A DNA stretch of 64,000 nucleotides from Deltaproteobacteria bacterium (GCA_052390235.1 JBQTHB010000002.1:128001-192000); one strand, 5' to 3'; counted from the first letter of the stretch, positions 22,325 through 32,740 are shown. Numbers and translations: made by a program. The notes: generated by a model not told the origin, from the sequence alone.

Positions 22325-23434
22325 TCAGCTCCCATAGGTGAAGAGCTTGACAAATTCGTCGAGCGGCGGAATTGGGGCTTGGGCGACTTTCATGTTCTCT
22401 TCCACGTGCGATATTCTACTCATGCCCACGAGAGCCGAGGCGATGCCCGGGGTGGAGCGCGTGAACTGAATAGCCCTTTGAGCGTCGGTTTTTAGTCCCT
22501 TGAGGTACTCTCCGATAAATTTAGGAAGCTCCTTGGCGAGGCGGCTTTGGAGGATTGACGAGCTTGCTACGACGGAAATCTCGAATTTTGCGGCGGCTTC
22601 AATGGCGCTGACCGCTTCTCTGTTAATCATCTGATTCTTTATCACTAGGGCTTCGGGCATCGCCAGATTGAGCGGAAGTTGAATGACCTTGAAGTGGTGA
22701 TTCGCCCCTCCCGCCTCTCTTGCCGCTTGGGTGATTTCTTCTAGCGAAAGCCCGTCGTTTGCCAGAAGACCCTGGCGGTAGCCGCTCCAAGTGGCTGTGC
22801 CGTACATCTTAATCTTTCCCTCGGATACTTTTCTCTCGAGCATCTCGAACGCCGCCCGGATACGTTTTAGAAATTCCTCTCTCGATACGCCTTGAAATTG
22901 CTCTTCGGGGTTATGAATGTAGTAAATGTCAACGCCGTCCAGTCCGAGATTGGCCAGGCTCTGCTCAAGTTGATTTTCCAGATATTTAGGAGCGATGCAG
23001 TGGCTGCGCGAGACGAGCTCGTCTGGGGTTATAATCTGCGGCTCAAAGAAGTTTTCGCTCAAATACGAGTTCATATCTCTGGGAGGCGCGCCGTCAAATG
23101 GGATGTAGCCGCCCTTTGTGGCTATTATGAGCTGGTCGCGGCTTGCGATTCCTTCTGTGATAATGTGTTTGATGGCGCGTCCCACGGCGCGCTCGCTTCG
23201 TTGAAACCTGTAGTTTACGGCGGTGTCAATGTGGTTGCATCCAAGCTCGACGGCGCGGATGAGGGAGTTTTCATACCGCGTGTCGGTTAGGTCGTCGTTC
23301 TTTCCGAGATAAGTGCCAAATCCGATGGATGATGTCCAAAGCCCGTCGAGTTCCCGGAAATGTCCCTCTGAGACGGAGCTTTGGAATCTATCGCGGTAGA
23401 GTCCCGTTCCCTGGAATGTCGCAGTATTCGCCAT
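22325..23434 (-). CDS. Aldo/keto reductase family protein
   Basis: SIGFGTY, IDTAVNY, TKGGY, DIYYIHNPE motifs. Confidence 0.85.
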   Translation of the reverse strand: MANTATFQGTGLYRDRFQSSVSEGHFRELDGLWTSSIGFGTYLGKNDDLTDTRYENSLIRAVELGCNHIDTAVNYRFQRSERAVGRAIKHIITEGIASRDQLIIATKGGYIPFDGAPPRDMNSYLSENFFEPQIITPDELVSRSHCIAPKYLENQLEQSLANLGLDGVDIYYIHNPEEQFQGVSREEFLKRIRAAFEMLERKVSEGKIKMYGTATWSGYRQGLLANDGLSLEEITQAAREAGGANHHFKVIQLPLNLAMPEALVIKNQMINREAVSAIEAAAKFEISVVASSSILQSRLAKELPKFIGEYLKGLKTDAQRAIQFTRSTPGIASALVGMSRISHVEENMKVAQAPIPPLDEFVKLFTYGS

Positions 23435-23702
23435 CTCTTATGCCTCGCTGTGGGAGTATCGCCGGGATGCTGAAGCGGATTTGAGATAAATATAAATCCA
23501 TCCATCGCGCTTTACAAAAAAGGACAAAAAACATATGTGAGGGTTAACTCAATAGCGTTTTATAGCCTAGCAGCTCGGAAAAGAAAATACGGACTGACAT
23601 TCCGACTGAGCCGCCGGCTAACTCTTCAGAGCAATCCTTGAATTTTACTTTTCTGAGAACTAAGTTTGTGAAATTTCTCAGGAGACAGCAGTTAGCCGCG
23701 GG

Positions 23703-23918
23703 TTATCTGGGCTTGCTAACCTTTGTAACTTTGCTCGCCTGAAGCCCCTTAGGGCCGTCAACAACGTCAAATTCAACGACATCACCTTCCTTTAGGGTTT
23801 TGAAGCCCGCATTCTGAATAGCGCTGTAGTGAACGAAAATATCCTTGCCACCTTCCTGCTCGATGAATCCGTAACCTTTGGATTCGTTAAACCACTTTAC
23901 TTTGCCTTTCAACTCCAC
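23703..23918 (-). CDS. Cold-shock domain protein
   Basis: [12 protein letters not shown] (RNP1), DIFVHYSAI (RNP2); AAGGAGG SD, GTG start. Confidence 0.96.
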   Translation of the reverse strand: MELKGKVKWFNESKGYGFIEQEGGKDIFVHYSAIQNAGFKTLKEGDVVEFDVVDGPKGLQASKVTKVSKPR

Positions 23919-24116
23919 TTCCTCCTTAATTTTAATCAGTTTAATATCTCACGCTTTTATTGATTTGTCAACCTGCGCCAAAGAGAAATAAAATCCCGCG
24001 ATAAAATGATATTTTACCGCGATTTACAAGGCGGCGGGGCATCTTGGGCGGCGCATAATTTCACGCCGCAGCGGGGGGGATTATCCCGAAATCCGGGGGG
24101 GTTGCCAGAGGGAGTT

Positions 24117-24803
24117 TTAAAGCTCGCTGGATTTAGTCGCGGGCGATTTTTTACTCTCTACAGATTTATTTTTGAGATGGTTGTAGTGGGCGAGGACGCT
24201 CTCCACATACCCCCTGGTCTCGGCGTACGGGGGGATGGAGTAGCCGTGCTTAATTACGGCGTTTTCCCCGGCGTTATATCCTGCGAGGGCGAGTTTTACG
24301 TCGCCGCCGAACATTGCCATTAATTTCTTGAGGTACGCCACGCCGCCCCTGATGTTTTCCGAGGGATTGAAAGGCTCGGTTACGCCCAGGATTTTAGCCG
24401 TGCCGGGCATAAGTTGCATCATTCCCATTGCGCCTTTCGGAGAGACTGCCATGGAGTTGAAATTGGATTCGACTTTGATTACGGCTTTTACCAAATTCGG
24501 GTCAACGCCGTGGAGGAGGGCGTTATTGTTAATATCGTGGTCATATTTCTCGGAGTACTTAAATTTGCCGAGGCGTGGAGCTTTATACCCGTAGGACGAG
24601 CCTCTATAAACGCCATCGCTGATGCTGAGGCGCTTGTAGCCTCTCTCTCTGGGGGCGATGTTCGTGTAAGTGGGGACTCCGCTTTTGCTCGTCTGATAAA
24701 AGCCGCCGCCTTGCGATTCGCTGGGTGTGGCAAGGAGAAGCAAAGCGGCAAGGGGGAAAATGACTAGAATAATTATCAGTTCTCTCACTGCTTGAGTCTC
24801 CAT
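24117..24803 (-). CDS. Lytic transglycosylase (SLT domain); start uncertain
   Basis: VESNFN, SPKGAMGMMQLMP, AGYNAG, ETRGYV; N-terminal hydrophobic segment. Confidence 0.9.
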   Translation of the reverse strand: METQAVRELIIILVIFPLAALLLLATPSESQGGGFYQTSKSGVPTYTNIAPRERGYKRLSISDGVYRGSSYGYKAPRLGKFKYSEKYDHDINNNALLHGVDPNLVKAVIKVESNFNSMAVSPKGAMGMMQLMPGTAKILGVTEPFNPSENIRGGVAYLKKLMAMFGGDVKLALAGYNAGENAVIKHGYSIPPYAETRGYVESVLAHYNHLKNKSVESKKSPATKSSEL

Positions 24804-24986
24804 AGTATAAAAGAATCGCCCGTATGGCAATCGAAAATTACTTCTGAAATCGGATTTTGTCAATATTCTGCTCGACGGCCAATTGCGAGCGGCGAAAATC
24901 ACCTCGCATCCAGTCGGGGATAAAAAGTTGACAACTCGCAAAGTCGAGAGAGAATTAAGGGGAAAAAATCATCGGAGGCTTCAAAA

Positions 24987-25406
24987 TTGGAAAGAACTCT
25001 GTCAATAGTAAAGCCCGACGGCGTGGGTAAGAACGTCATCGGCGCGGTGATAGGTAAGTTTGAAGGGGCGGGGCTAAGGGTGGCCGCGCTCAAGATGTTG
25101 CATCTGTCGAAATCCCAAGCTGAGGGGTTTTACGCCGTTCACAGGGCAAGACCCTTTTTTGCGAGTCTAACCGAGTTCATGTCCTCGGGCCCGTGCGTTG
25201 CGATGAGCATCGAAGGGGAGGGCGCAATTTTGAAGGTTCGAGAAATTATGGGCGCAACCGACCCCTCAAAAGCCGCTGAAGGCACGATAAGGCGGGAATT
25301 TGCCTCGGATATTGAAAAAAACATCGTTCACGGCTCGGACTCTCCTGAGTCGGCTTTGTTTGAGATAGGCTATTTCTTCAACGCTCTTGAAATCTGCGGA
25401 CGGTAG
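24987..25406 (+). CDS. ndk: Nucleoside diphosphate kinase
   Basis: [22 protein letters not shown]. Confidence 0.97.
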   Translation: MERTLSIVKPDGVGKNVIGAVIGKFEGAGLRVAALKMLHLSKSQAEGFYAVHRARPFFASLTEFMSSGPCVAMSIEGEGAILKVREIMGATDPSKAAEGTIRREFASDIEKNIVHGSDSPESALFEIGYFFNALEICGR

Positions 25407-25431
25407 CCACGTCTCGGCTTAGGTTCGGATT

Positions 25432-26160
25432 CTACGGGGGCGGGATTCCCATCTCGCCCCGATTCTCATCCCCCGCGCATGGATACTCTCGCAATTGCCG
25501 CCGTAAGGGGCTGACGCCGAGGTTCTTGGCAAGCTCCGACGCCAAGCGCTCTGACATCTCTCCGATGTGGATTTCGCGCCCCAGAATCTCTCTCATTGAC
25601 GTTACGCCCGCGTTACGGATTCCGCAGGGGATAATTAGCGAGAAATAGCCCAGGTCAACGCCGACGTTAAGGGCGAATCCGTGCGTAGTTATTCCATTTT
25701 TTACTGCCACCCCGATGGATGCGATTTTCCTCTCTCCTCCGACCCAGACGCCTGGGTAGCTGGCAATTCTGCCCCCCTCGATGCCATATGCTCTGAGAGC
25801 GCCGATGATGACCTGCTCCAGCATATTTACATAAGCCCGCGCGCCGAGATTGAAACTCCTGAGGCTGATTATCGGATACGCTACAATCTGCCCGGGTCCG
25901 TGAAAAGTGGCGTCTCCCCCGCGGGAAGATTTATACAACTCGACACCGCGCCGCCGAAGCTCCGACTCACCGAGAAGCACGTTTTGGGGGTTTGCAAACC
26001 TCCCGGTTGTAATCACGGGCTTATGCTCCAAGAAGATGAGAATCCCCCCCATACCCCTTTCCACTCGCCGCCGCGCGCTCTCTTGCAGTGCGAGTCCCTC
26101 GGCGTAGCCAACGATGCCGGCATAAGCCCAGTCAATTGTCCCGCTCCTGATTTCCCTCAC
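25432..26160 (-). CDS. lipB: Octanoyltransferase
   Basis: LEHKPVIT, RGGDATFHGPGQ, KIASIG, HGFALN, IPCG. Confidence 0.95.
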   Translation of the reverse strand: MREIRSGTIDWAYAGIVGYAEGLALQESARRRVERGMGGILIFLEHKPVITTGRFANPQNVLLGESELRRRGVELYKSSRGGDATFHGPGQIVAYPIISLRSFNLGARAYVNMLEQVIIGALRAYGIEGGRIASYPGVWVGGERKIASIGVAVKNGITTHGFALNVGVDLGYFSLIIPCGIRNAGVTSMREILGREIHIGEMSERLASELAKNLGVSPLRRQLREYPCAGDENRGEMGIPPP

Positions 26161-26236
26161 GGATGTTAATTATATCCTATGCGCGCCCGCGAGCGCCTGA
26201 AGCGGTGGATGTGGTATTATTACCCGCGTTGCCGAT

Positions 26237-27238
26237 ATGAAATCCAAAACCCAGGCTAATATCACTTTTGCCGAGTTCCACAAAAAGCTCGCTCTTGGAC
26301 AGATAGCTCCGGTTTACATATTCTCCGGCGGCCAGATATATCTCATCGAGCAAGCTCTCGCCCGGCTTAAGCAAAAAACCCTGCCGGGCGGCGCGGCGGA
26401 TTTTAACTTCTCCCTCTTCTGGGGCGATTCCGTCCAGCCGGGGGAGATAGTAAACGCGGCAAAGACCTCCCCGATGCTCTCGCGCACTAGGCTTATCGCC
26501 GTAAAAAACTCAGAAAAGCTCCCTCAGAGCGAGCTAAAATCCATCGAATCCTACGCCAAGTCCCCTTCGCCTTTCGCCTGCGTTGTTCTAATCTCAGCCG
26601 AGGAGAAGAAGCTCGGTTTCGAGGGCATCGCCGGAGTGTGCGCCGTCGGATTCCGGCTTGATAAAAGAGACCTGCCGCAAGCCGTAAGGGGCGAAGCCAA
26701 AGCGCTCGGCTTTGAAATTTCCAAAGAAGCGTGCCAGATGCTGATTGATTTAGTGGGCGAGAGCCTATTGGATATTCAGTCTGAGCTTATGAAGATATGC
26801 TCGTTTGCGGCGGGCAGGGAGAAAATCGAGGCGCAGGACGTGAGAGCGCTCACCCAGAGGTCTCAATTCGAGGATGTATTCGCCCTTCTCGGCGCGGTTG
26901 TGGAGCGCAATAAAGCAAAAGCCCTTAGGATTGTCTTAGATTTGGAGCGCGACGGAGAAGAGCCGCTTTTAATACTGAACACCCTGAGCCGCCGATTGGC
27001 GCTGATTTGGCGGGCTAAGGAACTAATGGACGCGAAGATTGAGGACGCCGCCGCGCTAAGAGAGCTTAAGGTCTCTCCGGGGGCGTTTTACTATATAAAG
27101 CAGGAGGCGAAAAAGACCTCCCACGCGAACCTCAAGAGAGCCGTCGAGCTGTTTTATGAATGCGATAAGATGCTGAAAACGGGCTACGCGGCAAAGGATG
27201 TGGCGCTAACGAAGGTCGTGCTTGATTTGTGCCGATAA
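26237..27238 (+). CDS. holA: DNA polymerase III subunit delta
   Basis: PVYIFSG, FN..F.G, PMLS..RLI, SELMKI, terminal KTG; convergent with rpsT. Confidence 0.85.
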   Translation: MKSKTQANITFAEFHKKLALGQIAPVYIFSGGQIYLIEQALARLKQKTLPGGAADFNFSLFWGDSVQPGEIVNAAKTSPMLSRTRLIAVKNSEKLPQSELKSIESYAKSPSPFACVVLISAEEKKLGFEGIAGVCAVGFRLDKRDLPQAVRGEAKALGFEISKEACQMLIDLVGESLLDIQSELMKICSFAAGREKIEAQDVRALTQRSQFEDVFALLGAVVERNKAKALRIVLDLERDGEEPLLILNTLSRRLALIWRAKELMDAKIEDAAALRELKVSPGAFYYIKQEAKKTSHANLKRAVELFYECDKMLKTGYAAKDVALTKVVLDLCR

Positions 27239-27259
27239 AACGCTGGGAGGCGCCGGGGA

Positions 27260-27535
27260 CTATGCCGGTTTTATAAGCCCCTGAACCCGCTTGGAGAGTC
27301 TGCCTATGTGCCTCGATGCGTTTTTCTGGTGAATTATCCCCTTGGAAGCCGCTTTATCGAAGGCTGAAATCGCCGTCTTCAGCGCTGCCTCGGACTCGGC
27401 TGCGTTCTTGGATTCGACCGCGCCCCTGAGCTTTTTTACTAGGGTTTTGAGCCTAGACTGCACTGAGGTGTTGCGCTCTCTTTTCTTGAGGCTCTGGCGG
27501 TGTTTTTTTATGCCGGATTTAATTCTCTTAGCCAT
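27260..27535 (-). CDS. rpsT: 30S ribosomal protein S20
   Basis: KSGIKKHRQS...N, DKAASKGIIHQKNASR. Confidence 0.95.
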   Translation of the reverse strand: MAKRIKSGIKKHRQSLKKRERNTSVQSRLKTLVKKLRGAVESKNAAESEAALKTAISAFDKAASKGIIHQKNASRHIGRLSKRVQGLIKPA

Positions 27536-27715
27536 AAATTGACTGCTCCTTCAAAGGGTTAAAATTGTAGGAGGATATTTTGCTGGCAATCTTGGGATTT
27601 GTCAAATAGGCGGCGGAGGCTTGCAAATATACGCTATATATGACTTCTTGGAGCTTCACTCAAAATTTAAAATGTGGTATAGTGCCTGACTAAATTTAAA
27701 GTGGGAGAGGGCAGG

Positions 27716-28360
27716 ATGAAATTTTTTCTCGACACCGCCAACATGGATGAAATCAGGGACGCCGCAAGTTATGGCATTCTCGACGGCGTTACCACAAACC
27801 CAAGCCTCGTAGCCAAGGAAGGGGAGCAGAGGGGATTTAAAGACCTCGTCAAGGAAATTTGCGAGATTGTTCAGGGTCCCGTGAGCGCCGAGGTCATTAG
27901 CTCCGACGTAGAGCGTATGATTGACGAGGCGCGCGAACTTGCCTCCGTCCATAAGCACATCGTCGTCAAGATGCCGCTTACCGAAGACGGCATCCGAGCC
28001 ACGAAGCGGGTGTCCGACGAGGGAATTAAAGTGAACCTCACGCTCGTGTTCTCCCCGTCCCAAGCGCTTCTTGCGGCAAAGGCGGGGGCGGCTTATGTAA
28101 GTCCATTCGTGGGGAGGCTCGACGACATCTCCGAAATAGGAATGGAGATGGTCAGGGACATCCTGCAAATCTATAAAAACTACGGCTACAGAACCGAGGT
28201 TTTGGTTGCGAGCGTGAGGCATCCGGTTCACATCGTTGAGGCGGCAAAGATGGGAGCGCACGTAGCCACTATGCCCTATAAGATATTCAAGCAACTCGTC
28301 AAGCACCCGCTTACGGACATCGGTATTGAGAGATTCCTCGCCGACTGGGGCGGGAAGTAA
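27716..28360 (+). CDS. tal: Transaldolase (small TalC/Fsa type)
   Basis: [33 protein letters not shown]. Confidence 0.92.
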   Translation: MKFFLDTANMDEIRDAASYGILDGVTTNPSLVAKEGEQRGFKDLVKEICEIVQGPVSAEVISSDVERMIDEARELASVHKHIVVKMPLTEDGIRATKRVSDEGIKVNLTLVFSPSQALLAAKAGAAYVSPFVGRLDDISEIGMEMVRDILQIYKNYGYRTEVLVASVRHPVHIVEAAKMGAHVATMPYKIFKQLVKHPLTDIGIERFLADWGGK

Positions 28361-28393
28361 TACATCACCCAGGACGGGCGAGCGGGGGCATTA

Positions 28394-29146
28394 TCAATCC
28401 GGCTCGTTTCGATGCAGAGCGGCGGCTATGAGGAATTCCCTGTTCCCGTCCGCGCCGAGTATGGGCGATGGGATGACTCCGGTAATCACAAACCCCGACT
28501 CTTCGGCAAACCTCACAATTTTATCTATGACTGCCCTGTGCTTTGCCTCGTCCCTCACGATTCCCCCCCTGCCGACCTCGCCCCTGCCCACTTCAAACTG
28601 CGGCTTGATAAGCGCGACCATCTCCGCTCTTGCTTTGAGGATTTGAGCCACTGCTGGGATAATTTTCGTAAGCGATATAAACGAGACGTCCATCACGGCA
28701 ATGTCAACCGATTCGCCAATTTGCTCCGGCGTTAGGTGTCGGGCGTTAATTTTCTCCAAGACCGAGACCCGCGAATCCCGCCTCAGATTCCAATCGAGCT
28801 GTCCGCGTCCTACGTCAACGGCATAGACCTTTGCCGCCCCGAATTGGAGCAGGCAGTCCGTAAACCCGCCGGTTGACGCTCCTACATCGAGGGCGATTTT
28901 CCCTGATACCTCGATTTTGAACGCTGAAATTGCGGCTTCGAGCTTTAGCCCGCCTCGGCTTACGTATTTGAGCGGGGATTGCTTAATCTCGATGTGGGCG
29001 TCTTCGGCGACGGGCGAGCCGGCTTTATCCACCCGCAGTCCGTTAACAGAAACCACTCCTGCCATAAGCAGGGCCTGGGCTTTGGCTCTCGTGGGGACGA
29101 GTCCCCTTCTCACGAGAAGCAGGTCAATACGCTCTTTGGGGCTAAT
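28394..29146 (-). CDS. tlyA: TlyA family RNA methyltransferase (probable ATT start at 29146)
   Basis: S4 domain KERIDLLLV, YVSRGGLKL, DVGASTGGFTD, DVSFISL, KPQFE, GNREF. Confidence 0.95.
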   Translation of the reverse strand: MSPKERIDLLLVRRGLVPTRAKAQALLMAGVVSVNGLRVDKAGSPVAEDAHIEIKQSPLKYVSRGGLKLEAAISAFKIEVSGKIALDVGASTGGFTDCLLQFGAAKVYAVDVGRGQLDWNLRRDSRVSVLEKINARHLTPEQIGESVDIAVMDVSFISLTKIIPAVAQILKARAEMVALIKPQFEVGRGEVGRGGIVRDEAKHRAVIDKIVRFAEESGFVITGVIPSPILGADGNREFLIAAALHRNEPD

Positions 29147-30044
29147 ATCGTCTCCCTCCGAGATACAGGGCGATTCCCCTGAGAGGCTCTGCGCTGACGC
29201 CAAAACCCTGGAGCGAGCGCACTGCCCTTTCGGTAAGCTCCGAGGCGGTTTTGCGAGCCTTTTCAACCCCTAGAACCGAGGGGTAAGTGGCTTTTTTCTT
29301 TCTCGCGTCAGCTCCGGTGTTCTTGCCGATTTCCGCCCCGCCTTCGATGTCGAGCAGGTCGTCAATTATTTGAAAAGACAGCCCTACGCACTTTGCATAT
29401 TCCCGGAGCATTGCGATTTGCTCCGGCGTCGCTCCGGCGATTTTCGCCCCCGACGTTACCGAGGCCTCGAGTATAGCCCCGGTTTTCAGCGCGTGCATCC
29501 TCTCGACTATGTCGGCTGTTGCCCCGCGTCCTTCGAGAACTAAATCGAGGGCTTGGCCCATCACCATGCCGTTTGAGCCTGCGGCGAGAGAGATGTCGGA
29601 GATGACCTCTACGATGAGCTTCGAGGGGATTCCCGCCTTGGCTCCTCCTGCGGTTATAAGAGCAAAGGCATCGGTCAGAAGGGCGTCTCCCGCGAGAATA
29701 GCGGCGGCTTCTCCGAACACCTTATGATTTGTCGGCATTCCGCGCCGAAGGGAGTCGTCGTCCATCGAGGGCAGGTCGTCGTGAATGAGCGAATAGGTGT
29801 GTATCATCTCAATAGCGCAGGCGATGGGAATAGCCCTCTCCGCCGCTCCGTGAACGGCTTCAGCCGCTTCAGCCGCCGCGAGACAGAGAATGGGTCTTAG
29901 GCGTTTTCCCCCGGCGGCAACGCTGTATCGCATGGCTTCGTGGAGTTTCACGATGGAATCCTCGCTCTTGGGGAAAATTTCGGCGAGCCTTTTGTCAATT
30001 AGCTCTTTCTTCGCGCTGATGTAGTCTATGGTGTCGAACGGCAT
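29142..30044 (-). CDS. ispA: Farnesyl/geranyl diphosphate synthase
   Basis: GGKRLRP, HDDLPSMDDDSLRRG, FQIIDDLLD, KATYP. Confidence 0.95.
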   Translation of the reverse strand: MPFDTIDYISAKKELIDKRLAEIFPKSEDSIVKLHEAMRYSVAAGGKRLRPILCLAAAEAAEAVHGAAERAIPIACAIEMIHTYSLIHDDLPSMDDDSLRRGMPTNHKVFGEAAAILAGDALLTDAFALITAGGAKAGIPSKLIVEVISDISLAAGSNGMVMGQALDLVLEGRGATADIVERMHALKTGAILEASVTSGAKIAGATPEQIAMLREYAKCVGLSFQIIDDLLDIEGGAEIGKNTGADARKKKATYPSVLGVEKARKTASELTERAVRSLQGFGVSAEPLRGIALYLGGRRY

Positions 30045-30048
30045 TGAG

Positions 30049-30270
30049 TTAATCGCCTGCCTCAAATTCTCTTTCAGCTATGCGCCCGTCGGGGGCTTCA
30101 GTTAATACGGCTATTTTTCGCCGCGCCTCGTCGAGTTTGCCTCGGCACTCGGATATTAGCTCGACGCCTCGTTGAAAACCCCCAAGCGATTCTTCGAGAG
30201 GAGTGTTTGCGTTCTCTAGCTTTTCAATAATTTCTCTAAGCTCCGAAAGGGAATCCTCAAATGATTTCAT
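30049..30270 (-). CDS. xseB: Exodeoxyribonuclease VII small subunit
   Basis: SFEDSLSELREIIEKLE...LEESL...RG...C...L; adjacent to ispA. Confidence 0.9.
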   Translation of the reverse strand: MKSFEDSLSELREIIEKLENANTPLEESLGGFQRGVELISECRGKLDEARRKIAVLTEAPDGRIAEREFEAGD

Positions 30271-30489
30271 AGGCGTTAGTTTAGCCTCTGTATCACATTC
30301 TACAAGAAGCTGGACTATGGGATTTTCAATTTCCCTCCCAACTGGGAATACGGCATAGATAACGCCATTTATCCGCCCCGAGGCAGGAGAGGACGTTCCA
30401 CGCATCTCGGCTTGACATAGCGCGCATTCATCGTGAATCTTAGTTTCGGCGGGATTCTGCCCCCAGTCTGCTCTTCAGAGGTTAATTCG

Positions 30490-32646
30490 ATGGACGTATT
30501 CACAGCCGCCCCGCACCGCGAGGTGTTTATCCTGATTCTCCAGATTGCGCTCCTGCTCTTTACGGCAAGGGCGCTTGGAGAGGTGGCTTCGCGCCTCGGA
30601 CAGCCGTCGGTTATTGGCGAAATTCTAGCCGGAATTATCCTTGGCCCTTCGCTACTGAGCGGTTTCATCCCCGCCATCGGCGAATTTATCGTGCCTCAGA
30701 CACAGATTCAAGGCTATCTGCTGGAGGTTGTCAGTTTAATCGGGGCTATGTTTCTGCTTCTCATCACAGGGCTAGAGACCGATTTAGCCCTCATACGACG
30801 CCACGCGAGAACTGCGATAGGGGTTTCATCGGGCGGCATTATCGTTACATTCGCAAGCGGTTTTGCCCTTGGCCAGATCCTTCCCGACTATCTCCTTGCC
30901 GACTCCGCCGAGAGGCTCGTGTTTTCACTCTTCTTGGCTACGGCGATGTCCATTTCGGCGATACCCGTGATAGCCAAAGTGCTTATGGATCTCAATCTCA
31001 TGCGACGGGACATCGGTCAGACCATAATTGCTGCCGGTATGAGCGACGACACCGTGGGGTGGATTCTGCTCTCGATAGTGGCGGGGCTTGCCGGAGGGCA
31101 GGCTTTGGGAGTGGGTAGTGTGCTGGGGATTGTGGGAAGCGTCCTTGCCTTTATGGGGCTGAGTTTCACGGTCGGCAGGGTGGTTGTGAAAAAATCGCTC
31201 GATTTCGTTCAGGATGAGGTGCGCAGTGAGTACAGGCTTCTCACACTCGTAGTGGTTTTTACTTTCGCTTGGGGGGCGATTACGCTGGGGCTAAATCTCG
31301 AAGCGGTGCTTGGGGCGTTTGTGGCGGGAATTCTGTTCGGACAGATGCCGAGGTTGCCGGAATCCGTGCATCACAAACTCCAGAGCATGACTATCGGGGT
31401 ATTTGCGCCCGTGTTTTTTGCCGTAGCCGGGTTAAAGGTCAACATCGCAACCCTGCTTGAGCCGGGACTCATTCTAATCGCCCTGCTCGTGATATTTACG
31501 GCGACGGCGGGTAAAGTCGCAGGCACGTATCTGGGGGCGCGGCTCATCGGAGGGCGCGACCACTGGACGGCTCTGAGCTTCGGCGCGGGGCTGAATGCTC
31601 GTGGAGCTATGGAGATAATCATCGCCACCATCGGGCTGTCCCTCGGCATTCTAAGCCAGGATATGTTCTCGATAATTGTGCTTATGGCTATGGTAACCTC
31701 GCTTATGGCTCCTCCGGCGCTGAGATGGGTTCTGAGGCGCGTAAAACCCACTGAGGAGGAGCTTGCGAGGCTCAAGCAAGAAGAGCTTGCTAAGGGAAGC
31801 CTCGTAGCAAATATCCACAGAGTGCTTCTTCCCGTGAGGCGAAAAACCGATAAAACCGCTTCGGCGCAGACCATAGAAGCCCAAATATTAGAGAAAATGG
31901 GGTATTCAATTGACCTCTCGGTTACATTGCTCAACGTCGCCGATGCCGGAACTAAAGCCGAGGGCATGGAGTATCTGGGCAACATCGAGGGGCTTTTTTC
32001 GCAAAAAGAGCTGGTTAAAAAAGTCGTGGAGAGCGATAACCCTCCCAACGCCATTCTCGACGAGGCGAAAAAATACTACGACCTTCTCATCCTCGGAGCG
32101 TCGGATGAAAACCGCGCATCCGATATTCTGTTCAATCCAATTGTGGATTATCTCGTGAGATTTTCCCCCTGCCCCACGATGGTTGTGCGCGGGAAGAGTG
32201 TTAATCCAGGATGGAGTCCGAGGCGCATCTTGGTGCCGACAAACGGCGCGGTCGCCGCAAAACACGCCGCAGAGATAGCGTTTTCACTCGCGTCTTCGGG
32301 GGAAGAAGAGGTAATTATTCTCAACGTAGTCAGGAGGGACGAGGGCGCGTCGCAGTTTGACCCTCTGCGCGCCGGCGCTTACGAGAGGAGGCTTGGGATT
32401 GCGCATCAAATCGTTGAGGAGCTAAGGCAACTGGGAGAATCGCGCGGGGTGGTAACCCTTACCGATGTGCGCGTAGGCACGGAGCCGGAGTCCGTGATTT
32501 CGGACGTGGCGCTGAAGGAGAAAATTGATTTGATAATTCTAGGAACGGCGATTAGACCCGGCGCCGAGAGGCTTTTTCTAGGACCGAGGGTGGAGAAGAT
32601 ACTGCAAAGCGCGCCGTGTCCCGTTGTGGTGATAAACGCCCCGTAA
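30490..32646 (+). CDS. Cation:proton antiporter (CPA2) fused to two universal stress protein domains
   Basis: QPSVIGEILAGIILGPS, SDD, ARG membrane motifs; C-terminal RILVPT and APCPVVV; start set to ATG 30490. Confidence 0.9.
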   Translation: MDVFTAAPHREVFILILQIALLLFTARALGEVASRLGQPSVIGEILAGIILGPSLLSGFIPAIGEFIVPQTQIQGYLLEVVSLIGAMFLLLITGLETDLALIRRHARTAIGVSSGGIIVTFASGFALGQILPDYLLADSAERLVFSLFLATAMSISAIPVIAKVLMDLNLMRRDIGQTIIAAGMSDDTVGWILLSIVAGLAGGQALGVGSVLGIVGSVLAFMGLSFTVGRVVVKKSLDFVQDEVRSEYRLLTLVVVFTFAWGAITLGLNLEAVLGAFVAGILFGQMPRLPESVHHKLQSMTIGVFAPVFFAVAGLKVNIATLLEPGLILIALLVIFTATAGKVAGTYLGARLIGGRDHWTALSFGAGLNARGAMEIIIATIGLSLGILSQDMFSIIVLMAMVTSLMAPPALRWVLRRVKPTEEELARLKQEELAKGSLVANIHRVLLPVRRKTDKTASAQTIEAQILEKMGYSIDLSVTLLNVADAGTKAEGMEYLGNIEGLFSQKELVKKVVESDNPPNAILDEAKKYYDLLILGASDENRASDILFNPIVDYLVRFSPCPTMVVRGKSVNPGWSPRRILVPTNGAVAAKHAAEIAFSLASSGEEEVIILNVVRRDEGASQFDPLRAGAYERRLGIAHQIVEELRQLGESRGVVTLTDVRVGTEPESVISDVALKEKIDLIILGTAIRPGAERLFLGPRVEKILQSAPCPVVVINAP

Positions 32647-32659
32647 GGGCAGGAGGGGC

Positions 32660-32731
32660 AGTTTTTAGTGGCGAGTGGCTAGTGTTTAGTTGCTAGTTTG
32701 CGGACTAAAAACTCACCACTTGCCACTTTCG
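32660..32731. repeat. Inverted heptamer repeat array between convergent genes
   Basis: AGT every 7 nt six times, then ACT every 7 nt four times. Confidence 0.75.
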
Positions 32732-32740
32732 AGTCTCCTC

